64,000 nt of DNA. Source: Obrimoposthia wandeli. Its lineage: Eukaryota. The position numbers and the translations under genes are program-made. Position 1 is the stretch's first letter; every line of letters begins with the position of its first letter. Where the stretch lies: contig CDROCS010002367.1 in assembly GCA_977020255.1 (NCBI GenBank), positions 1 through 64,000 on the forward strand, written 5' to 3'. Positions 1 through 9,949 of this stretch are shown here, piece by piece. The notes beneath the pieces are model-generated. The model had not been told where the DNA came from. It saw nothing but the letters and a program-made list of their open reading frames with translations, and did no database searches.

Positions 1-1125
1 ATCAACTGGTTCAGTTACGTGGTAACTAGTCGCGGCATATGGGGTAAGAACACCAAACTAAAGCATTCATTGCCCCTAGTTGGCAATTAGGATACATTCA
101 TTGCCTTGCTTATTTGGTAATTGCGAGTGTAATATATTTTAACCATATTCATTGTCCCTAGCTGACAATTAGGATGGCTGTCTCTTTAACAAATCATTGT
201 CCCTAGTTGACAATTAGGATTGTCCATTTTTATTCATTGTCCCCAGTTGACAATTAGAATTGTACGAGTTTTTTCCCGTAAGATTCATTGTCCCCTAGCT
301 GACAATTCGGTTTCACTCATTGTCCCTAGTTGACAATTTCGGTCCACTCATTGTCCCTAGTTGACAATTCAGTCCTCATCCCTAATTTGACAATTCGGAA
401 CAAATACTCATTGTCCCCTAGTTGACAATTCGGTCCACTCATTGTCCCTAGTTGACAATTCCGGTCCCTCATTGTCCTAATGACAATTCAGTTCCTCATT
501 GTCCCTAGTTGACAATTCGGTCCACTCATTGTCCCCTAGTTGACAATTCGGAACTAGCCTCATTGTCTTAGTTGACAATTCGGAGTAAGTTTTTCATTGT
601 CATCGTTGACAATTAGGTTGTTTGGGAATCATTGTCCACAGTGGACAATTCGTGGTTAAATACTCAACAGATAGAGTTACGGACTCAAGAAACTTTATCA
701 CACATAAAGTTGAGTCGAAGAAATTTAAAGGTGCGTTATAGATTAACCAACCTAGGAAAAAATAACCCTAAAATCTCGATCACCGAACGTAAAATCGATA
801 CGTGGTTCATCCCCACTTCTTGTAGAGACTTACAGAAGTCTTAGGAATTTTACCATACTTTTTAGAAATACGTACATAAACGTATTGTTGTGTTTAGTTA
901 CATGTGAATTACCAATAAACAATTTCCTACATTAGAGAACAAGTTGTTTTACCCTTCAGAATAAAGACATCAAATCAAATACCTTCAGATAGTACAACAG
1001 AGATAGGCAACCATAACACTAAGTAGGCCACGACCAACTTTAAGACCTGCTTCTAATCAGAACTCACGTTGGGGCCCTCCGCACATAAGAGGATCTGTAC
1101 CAAGTTTCGTATAGAAACCCCAACA
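1..1125 (+). repeat. 5' LTR (3' part only)
   Basis: Aligns by eye to ~21601-22543 and ends ...GAAACCCCAACA; AATAAA at 914-919 is shared with 22345-22350. Confidence 0.9.
65..652 (+). repeat. Array of palindromic ~21-bp units CATTGTCCC(C)TAGTTGACAATT with short variable spacers, in the 5' LTR
   Basis: About 16-17 units by eye; each has the ATTGTC...GACAAT inverted repeat. Confidence 0.9.
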
Positions 1126-1133
1126 TATTAAAG

Positions 1134-1151
1134 TGGTGCCCCGAGTGAGGA
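1134..1151 (+). promoter_or_regulatory. Primer binding site, complementary to the 3' end of elongator tRNA-Met
   Basis: TGGTGCCCCGAGTGAGGA is the reverse complement of ...TCCTCACTCGGGGCACCA, matching the animal elongator tRNA-Met 3' end as recalled (one position differs from the human form); 8 nt after the LTR end. Confidence 0.75.
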
Positions 1152-1183
1152 TAGCTCGTCGGACACAGCGAATTCACGTGGAC

Positions 1184-1480
1184 AATAAGTTCAGATATTG
1201 AGAATAAGTTTCAGGTAAATAGAATAAGTTTAGATAAGTTTCAGATAATTGAGAATAAGTTTCAGGTAAATAGAATAAGTTCAGATAAGTTTCAGATAAT
1301 TGAGAATAAGTTTCAGGTAAACAGAATAAGTGCAGATATTAGAATAAGTTTCAGATATTGAGAATAAGTTTCAGATAAATTGAGAATAAGTTTCAGCAGA
1401 AGAATATAGACAATTGAGAATAAGTTTCAGAAGAAGATATAACAAATTTAGAATAAGTTTCAGAAGAAGATATAAGTAAA
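1184..1480 (+). repeat. Leader tandem array A (GAGAATAAGTTTCAG-based units, ~20-30 bp)
   Basis: Repeated GAGAATAAGTTTCAG(G/A)TAAAT units. Confidence 0.85.
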
Positions 1481-1481
1481 T

Positions 1482-1925
1482 CCTCGAGTTAAGAATTTGA
1501 TAAGTGTTGAGAAATCGAGTAGATTTGTTCCTCGAAGTTAAGAATTTGATAAGTTTGAGAAATCGGGTAGATTTGTTCCTCGACGTTAAGAATTGATAAG
1601 TGTTGAGAAATCGAGTAGATTTGTTCCTCGAAGTTAAGAATTTGATAAGTGTTGAGAAATCGGGTAGATTTGTTCCTCGACGTTAAAATTTGATAAGTTT
1701 GAGAAATCGAGTAGATTTGTTCCTCGAAGTTAAGAATTTGATAAGTGTTGAGAAATCGGGTAGATTTGTTCCTCGAAGTTAAGAATTTGATAAGTGTTGA
1801 GAAATCGGGTAGATTTGTTCCTCGAAGTTAAGAATTTGATAAGTTTTGAGAAATCGGGTAGATTTGTTCCTCGAAGTAAGAATTCGATAAGTTTTTGAGA
1901 GATCGGGGGGATTTGTTCCTCGAGT
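1482..1925 (+). repeat. Leader tandem array B (~49-bp unit, ~9 copies)
   Basis: CCTCGAAGTTAAGAATTTGATAAGTGTTGAGAAATCGGGTAGATTTGTT repeated; followed by a ~90-100 bp direct duplication (1932-2020 / 2039-2130). Confidence 0.9.
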
Positions 1926-2571
1926 CAGTAAATTTGATAAAGTGAAATCGAGTGGATTGATAATCGAATTAATTAATTGAATAAGTTAAGTCAGGAGACT
2001 CTGTCCTAGAACTAAATAAAAATTTAAAAATCGTAAATAAATTTGATAAAGTGAGAATCGAGTGGATTGATACTCGAAGTAATTAATTGAATAGGTTAAG
2101 TCGGGAGACTCTGTCCTCGAACTAATTAAAGAGATAAATCGTAAAATAAGAATTGTGAAATAAGATAAAAGAGTAATAAGTAAATTGATATCGTAAACGA
2201 ATACATAATTGATAAGACAACGGATAATAGAAAAGGACCCGCGTATAATACTAGAAGACAAAGTCAGATTCCCAAGGAAGAGATAAATAATAATAAAGTT
2301 AACCGAATTGAACAGGTTCCCCAAACAGATAACAAAGTAACAGAAAAAGACTAGAGTCGAAGAAAACGTATCAGACAGAGACGTAAATCAATCAGCAGTT
2401 TCAACCGACAGTTTTGAGCTGACTGAGTTATTTGGTGAAATAAACCCAGAAGAAATTGATAATCTTGAAGTTCAAAACCCAGAAGAATTTGAAATTGCCA
2501 ATCCAGTAGTGATTGAAGAAGTTCAAGTAAATAATATTGAAGAAATAGTTGAAGACGATATAGTTGAAAAT

Positions 2572-4246
2572 ATGGCTCAACAAGGAGCTCCACCAGATAT
2601 TAATGCAGGAAATAATGTAGGTGAAATGAATGCCGAGCAGTTGGAACAAGCTTTAAATGCGACGTTGAGACCCAATTTTTCAGGATCATTGCAGATTACA
2701 AAGTTTAAAGGAGATGAGGAAAGTATTTGTGACTTCCTCGCAGAATATTCGAGTTGTGCAGATGTTCAAGGATGGAACGATAAAGAAAAATGTGTCAGAG
2801 TACAGGCACATTTAACCGGATTAGCACTTGAAGTGTATAAACATTTGACAGAAGCAGAACGCATAGATTGGCCAACGTTGGAAAATGCTTTTATTGGAAA
2901 ATTGGTATTAGGAGACTTAGCCAAAGTAAATAAGCGACTCATGAGAGAACGGAAACAGAAACATGATGAAGGCGTGAATGAATACGCGTATGTTTTGAGA
3001 ACCTTGGCCGCAAGAGCGTACCCATAAATCAGGACGGTAATCCTGTAGCTCCAGAAGCACAAGCAGCGGAAAATGACCGGAACCAAAATGAAATGGCAGA
3101 GGTTTTGTTAGATATATTTAGAGGAGGATTGAAAAGGGACATTAAAGTGTTATTAGCAGTATCGGATACAAATGATTTTGATAACGCCGTGCGAAAGGCG
3201 AGAGAGATTGAGAAAAATATAAAAAATAACGCAGCATTGGCAATTTACGCAATGACTGCAGGTGACGACGATAAGACAAAGGTCTTCGTGAATAAAACAG
3301 AACCGAGTAATTTTCAGAATCGAAATTATGGACAAAATAAGTTTGAAAAAGTAGATGAATCTAGTAACGGAAATAGAGATAATTTCCGAAGTAGGAATCG
3401 AGATGATTCGAGAGGTAGAAATAATAGTGAGTCTTGGAACAGGAATCGAGATGATTCAAGAGGTAGAAATAGTAATGATTCGTGGAATAGAAATAGAGAT
3501 GATTCCAGGAATAGATTTAATAGAGATAATTCAGGAAATCGCCAACCTTGGAGAGGAGACGATAGGAATTATAACCCAAACAGAGGAGAGCGAAGTGACT
3601 CTGGATTTGAAAATAATACAGGAAGTAGTGACGGAAGATTCAATAATCGAGGAAGCGGTTTTAAATCGAATTTCCGAAGAAATGATTTTAGAGGACGATA
3701 TGATAACAGACAGAATAGTCGTCGAGTACAGTTCGAAGATGAACAGAATAAGATAGATATTCGAGGGAGAATAATGTGTTACACGTGTAAACAAATGGGT
3801 CACTATTCGAGAGATTGTACGAGAAGTAAAGAGTTCGGAACTAACAGATTTGGAAATAATAATTTCGGTAATACTAATCTTGGAAATAATTATAGAGGAT
3901 ATAATTCACCCCGCCATGGAATAGAGGTGGTGGATATACTCCACAGCCATGGAGACCGAATAATCAGTATACAGATAGACAACAGTCACCAGGTAGATAC
4001 AATAACTATGCAGACAGACAGCAAGGAGCTGAGAGATACAATAATTATGTAGGACAGCAAGGAGCTGAGAGATATAATAATTCCGGTAGATATAATAATA
4101 ATAATGTTGACAAGACAAATAGTCGCGAGAGTTCGCCGAAACCGAAAGGAAATTTTAGTTATGTAAACGATGACAGCGATAGGAATCGCGAGACCGAACT
4201 TCGACGCGAAATAGATTTTGAAGATAGTGATAGTAAATTTGAACGA
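2572..4246 (+). CDS. gag: Gag: capsid domain, Arg/Asn/Gly-rich repeats, CCHC zinc knuckle (frame breaks at ~3025 and ~3910)
   Basis: ATG in good context at 2572; Ty3-like CA (KFKGDEESICDFL...WNDKEK...LTGLALEVY...W..L...F; FRGGL); CYTCKQMGHYSRDC at 3777-3818; after a -1 correction at ~3910 the frame runs directly into ORF 4247. Confidence 0.9.
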
Positions 4247-5955
4247 ATGTTGGGAATAATTAAAGATTCACCACATACAAAGATGGCGAATTCATCTACG
4301 TTGTCGAAACAAGAAAAAAGTCTACACTCGAGAGAAGAGATGAATGATTTAATGAACCAAATACTAGAAGCGTATGAGACACCAATAGAGAAAACGTGTA
4401 ACGCACAACCTATGACTGATCACATAGAAGCAGCAAGAAATGCTACGAGTATGGAAAATGTAGAAAAGATAATTAGTGAAGCTAAGGAGACGTTGAATCA
4501 ACCGTTAGATGAAACAAGTGAAGCTCCAGAAGTTTTGGCCAAATTGCAAACAATTAAAGTACACAGATTGGAAGAAGTGCGAGCAGAATTGGTTAAACAT
4601 AGTCATGATAACTTGGGTTACAAAGAAGTACCACGAGGATTATTGAAAAGATATGGTCGCTACGTACAGAGATCAAACCAAAAAGGAACGATGAAAATTT
4701 TGCTTCGATTAATTTCCGGACAGATTATACATGAAAAACTTAACGTGTATCAGACAATGAAAACGATTCGAAAAAAGTTGGCAGAAAAACTTGAAATTGA
4801 TGGAATGAATATGTTGTTCCATTATAAAGGAAGATCACTAGATGATGAGGACGTACCAGTCGAGTGTGGATATCCGATAGGAAACGAATTAGAGGAAAAA
4901 ATTGATGTCATCACTGTAGGACGTCAAGAGTTAGTAGATAATGAAGGATTAACAGAGATATTAAACTCTGCGTTAGAAATGATAAAAACGCCTATAGAAA
5001 TTTTAGACAGTTCAAGCGAAAGCGGAGATAATGATGTAGCTGAAGCTTGGAACAAGACATTCACACCAGAACCGTACGTAGCTGAATTACAAGACGTGAA
5101 TTTAGAAAATGAGTTGACGACTCCAGTGGTCGAAGTACCACCAGAACCAGATATAATTCAAATCAGACAAGATGAAGTCACGGATACAGCTAACCAAGTG
5201 AGACAAAACGAAAACGTAACCCAACTAGTAGGAGAAGACGAAATCTCCGAGATTGTAGATTTGGATTCACCAATTTGGCATGCTGCATACAGAGATAGAC
5301 AAGCAGAGCAGATGATGCGACAAAACGAAGAGATTGGCCATGAAGAAGGACCAAGTCAAGAGATACAGTATAATGGTGAACCGTATGATCCAGGCGAGAA
5401 TCAAACTGAGTATCAGTATTTTCGAAGAGGACCTGGAAGACCTAGAAAAGACGGGAGTATATTACGAAATGTTCTAACTGCACCACAGACTGATGAGGAG
5501 AGACATCTAAGCATTGGACAGTTAGCAGCGTCATTAGAGCAATATAGTACAGGAGCGGAATGAAGATATCAGAGGCGATATGAATTGGGAAGTTGCAAGT
5601 TGTACCGATCTACTTACGTGAATTCTAAGGCAAGTGAATCCAAAGTTGTTCAAAATGTACAAAAGATGAAACAACCGATATAACAGACAATTTGACTAAA
5701 GCAGTTAGATCACAAATGTCTGCAGTAAAGAGAATGACTGCGAATCATGTATACCATGCATCAATAGATAGATTTTATGACGGTGAAGTTTTAGCGAGAT
5801 TATGTGGAAACCAGACTACAAATAAAAAGTTAATTACAGCGATCACATATCTATGTTTCCAATTGACGGAACGAACGAGCCAACCTCACGAAGTCAAACA
5901 AGGAATAAATGAAGCGATGTATTTGATCGAGAATGTATTAGCAGAAACGAATTGA
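4247..5955 (+). CDS. Gag C-terminal extension with SUMO/ubiquitin-like domain (4691-4923), acidic linker and AT-hook (5423-5449)
   Basis: MKILLRLISGQII...LFHYKGRSLDDEDVP...EKIDVI resembles Ub/SUMO beta-grasp sequences; RRGPGRPRK is an AT-hook core; in-frame TGA at 5561-63 and a -1 break at ~5662. Confidence 0.6.
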
Positions 5956-6097
5956 CGAAAACGGAGGTTGGGCAAAATTAAGTGACTACGCTAAAACCAT
6001 TGTGGAAATGAACGAAGACGATGACGAACAATGTCATGAGAATAGTCAAAGAGAAAATAAACAATACTGTCCGAAAGAAAGAAATAATCAACCAAAT

Positions 6098-7970
6098 ATG
6101 TCCACAACAATGATGATGATGATGTTAGTAATGTTCATGGGAATGCAACAGGCATCAGGATTGATAGCATACGACTGTAGCATACCAAAGATGGGACAAA
6201 AGTATTCACTGCTTGACAGCGAAGACTGTCCAGAATCACAACCGTCAAAATTAGAAGTTAAAGGTGTTGAAAACTACTTTGTGTATCAGGATGTTGATAA
6301 AGTACAAGTAGAAGTGAAGAATGTGCAATCCATTCAAGTTATCACGAATTCTATTGTGGCCATAAAAGTTTTATGTCGGAAATCACACCTACCACACCGT
6401 ACAAGGCACATAAGGTTTTGCCGAGAGATTGCGAAGACGCATTTCGAACGGGAACGATAGAGGTAGACAAGAATTACAAACCTGAAGTAAAAATTGGAGT
6501 GAGACGATACGAAACAGTCACGAGAGTCGGACAACGATGGGCTGATGGATCTTGTGACGGAGAAACAAAAAACGTGCGTGGAACCAAAGTATCTGAGTTA
6601 GTAATGGACGTAACTTACAAAATCGACTTAAAAACATGGACCGCCAATTTTGATAAAAAGACACAACTAATGATGAAGTATCCAGAATGTAAAATGACAG
6701 ATACATCTTGTTTTACAGGCGAATCCACAATTGTGTATCAAGTGAATCCGAAGCAATGCTCTTTAGTATTTTTGAAAGAGATTAGTTTTAATAAAATAAA
6801 AGGATTCCTGTATAATAAAGATGGAGAAGGGTTCCTGTATAATAAAGTTGGAAAAGGATTGCTAAATGAAACAAGACCAATTCCAATGACAAAGACACCT
6901 ACACTGTTAATGGCAACATCAATAGAAGAAGGATTGATATTTATTAAAAAGAGAAACAAAGCGCGATGCGGAATGACTGTTAGTACTACAAACTATCCAG
7001 GAATAGTTTTGTCCAAAGAAGCAATAGCATTGGCAGAAACCAAGCTAAAACCAAAAGATATGCAGCTACACACGTATTTTAATAATAAAATTGATTTCTA
7101 TTATCATAAAGGATTGATGCAAATGGAACAGTTATATCGGATGATGATCGAAAGAGATTGCCAGCTAAACAAAGAGATCGTAAGAACAAAGTTAGCATTA
7201 GCTATTACGAATCCAGACATGGTAGCACCATTATTACCCTTGGATGAAGGAGTATTTGCTAAAACCATGGGAGAAGTATTGTATACTTACAAGTGTAATA
7301 AAGTAGAGGTACAGTTGAGAAAAACAGATCGATGTACGAGTGAATTAGCAGTAACGTATAATTTAAAAGATCTTTTTGTTGAACCAATCACGAGAATGTT
7401 ACTTCCAAAAGACACTCCAACTAAAGAAATCAGCTGCTCTAATATAATGGCACCTGAATATCAGATGACGAATGATCTATGGATAACGTTACCTGATCGG
7501 AAGCCAACGAAAACCCCAGCGATGATAAGAATGACGAATCTTAAAGGTAAAATGAAATTCCAAGCGGTGGAAAATATGGAGAACGCAGGATTGTACAATG
7601 AAAAAGATTTAAAAGCGGCGTGGAACGAAATAATGTTTCCAGTAAAAAGAGCCAGAGTACTTACGGAGATGGTACATCGAGCATTACCGCCAGGAGCTAG
7701 ATATGCGAATTTCGATATGTTATTATCGCCAAGTCATTTCAAGGAAGCAGCACATCAGACACTTAGAAAGATGTGGGGGAAATTCCTTGTTTTAGGACAA
7801 TTATTTTCGGGTATCATAGGTATTTATGTTATAATTAAATTTGTGCAGGTAATTATAGCCCAGGTGTTGTCTACGTATAGTTTATACAGGATAACCGGAA
7901 TCACCTGGCAACTTATAATTGGATGTTTTCCATTTTTAGCAAAATATCTAATGCACCATCATCACGAGAA
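6098..7970 (+). CDS. env: Envelope glycoprotein, chuvirus-like (class III, gB-like); frame break at ~6318
   Basis: Signal peptide MMMMMLVMFMGMQQASG then LIAYDC; after correction ECAIH...FYCGH; YFNNKIDF..., RDCQL..., GEVLYTYKC.KVEV, C..EL.V, LFVEPITRML, AGLY...IMFP, and two C-terminal hydrophobic segments all follow the chuvirus-like glycoprotein pattern. Confidence 0.85.
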
Positions 7971-8313
7971 CGAGTTAAGAGCCCTCAAGAAGGAACAACA
8001 CCAAACGAGAACCATGATGCGAGAACCAAGAAACTATCGAGACGACAACGACGACGATAATGATAGTCCAGGAGTATATGCAAAGATACCAGGAAAACCA
8101 AAGATTCCGTTACCAGACAAGGAAGAAGTGGCGTTAAACATATATCCAATGAAGGAACTAAAGGAGGAGAAGGAAAAGTTCAAGAGAGGCATCTTAATGG
8201 TAAGATGGCCTAAAGTGAGCTACAGTGAAATTCCACAAGCAGAGGAAAAAGACAAAAAAGATAATTCCAGAAGAATTCTGAAATCTAGGATATCAAATGA
8301 GAATCCAAATGCT

Positions 8314-8612
8314 CCACCACAAGTAGCAGTAACATTGAACGGAAGAGAATATCTTGCCGAGGTTGATACCGGATCTGCAGTATCAGTACTGAGTAAAGAA
8401 ATCTTGTCATCAAAAGAATTAAGAGAAGTATGTCCTAGAAAACAGACATTTGTTAACGTGAATGGTACAGATGTAGTGTCGGAAGGAACACTGAAATGTT
8501 CATTGAATATCGATGGAAGAGCATTGCAGTTAAATGCTAGAATATTCACAGATTGCGGTAGTCCAGTCATGATTGGGATGGACGTAATACGAATGTTTGA
8601 AGGAATAATTAT
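8314..8612 (+). CDS. Retropepsin-like aspartic protease 1, in frame with env
   Basis: LAEVDTGSAVSVL (DTG 8365-8373) and IGMDVI motif within ORF 6373-8931. Confidence 0.9.
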
Positions 8613-8844
8613 ACTACCAAACAACAAGAGTTATAAGAATGACAGTTCAGTGAGAGAGATAAAAATGTTGAGAGGACCCATAGTCGAAAAGGAAAAATGC
8701 ACTACGTTCCGTATGGGAGGTTCGTACCCAGACAGAAAACAGGAAGCGCTAGTAAAGTCGATACTTCACTACAAAAACGTAAACCTCGGACCACAAGAGA
8801 TGACGAGGAGAAAAATAACATATGTGAATCTGTCAGAAAGGGAT

Positions 8845-9840
8845 CCCATGAGATTCGAGAGAAAGAGACGAAATATATTAGAACAGTACTATTCAAAGAA
8901 ATGGCACGTAAAATGGCAAGATCAGGTTTAGAAATGTTAAACGCGACAAGTAGTTATGGTCATGAGGAAGTAGTACGATGCGTATGGTGTAGAGTAAAGT
9001 TTAGAGAGTGGGAAAAGAATGAGAAACCCAATGAGACGTCATAAAGAGATGCACCAAATTGTCCATTTCTTTTGAAACTAAAAACTTCAAACGTACCAGA
9101 AATCCAAACGGGAAAAGCACCCGATTTCGATTACAGTGACGGGATTCCAAAAGGAGAATCAGCTCTAATAACAGGTAGAGTAATAACGAATAGTCGAATT
9201 GAAGATATATTCGAAGTTATGCGAGAAGTGAACGAATGTGACGAACAGTATCGAGAAATAACCTTCGAAGACCCAAGACTTAAAAATTGGCAAAAAGGAC
9301 TTTTGCTATAAAAAAGGATGGTAAAGACGTAATTAAATGCCACAAGTGTAAAAAGAACGAATTATCGACAGATATACTCTTGAGCTACCTAAGAAAATTT
9401 TACATCATGAATTTTGCGAATTTTGTATTTTTAAAAACAAAATAAAGCAAAAAGAACAGAAAACCGAATGTATAATCGAATACCAAATCACACGGAAAGA
9501 GATTTTGGCTCAACAAGACACACCGGTAGTGTCATTCGTGAGAAGGTTATATCCAAAAGAAGCAGAAAGAATCAGAGAATTGGTAGAATTAAAAATAAAA
9601 ACTACGCGAAACGGATACGGATCGATTTTTGAATTACTGCGAGATAAAGATGACAGTACAATTGAAACAAAAGAGAAAGAGTACATAAATGAACTAGAAT
9701 ACGTACTAGAAGATCCGGAATGCGCAGTTTGCATGGTCAACAAAATAGAAGTTGCCTTTCTACCATGCGGACATGTAAGAACATGTCGGAGATGTGCGAA
9801 TGAAATGGTATCATGTCCAATTTGTCGAAGAATAATAGAT
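8845..9840 (+). CDS. Inhibitor-of-apoptosis (IAP) module: BIR, degenerate BIR, UBA-like, RING
   Basis: VRCVWC...W...P..(RH)KRDAPNCPF restores C-x2-C-x16-H-x6-C after a +1/-1 pair at ~9036-9046; second BIR-like D.IKCHKC...HHEFCEF at ~9260-9430; IRELVELKIKTTRNGYGSIFELL resembles the IAP UBA; CAVCM...FLPCGH..TC..CA.....CPICR at 9721-9828 is an IAP-type RING. Confidence 0.88.
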
Positions 9841-9949
9841 CGACAAGTGAGAAACATTAGATTTCACTATCCAAACAAAGGAAGTGGACTGACAGAGTGT
9901 AATAATTCGATAAATACAATATACCATATGGGAAACATAAATGGAGCAC

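Noticed and set aside
65-652. CRISPR-like repeat-spacer look
   Set aside because: Spacers are too short and mutually similar, there are no cas genes, the array is duplicated in both LTRs, and the context is eukaryotic.
632-844. Small ORFs in both LTRs (632-844, 22057-22338)
   Set aside because: Frames differ between the LTR copies and there is no motif.
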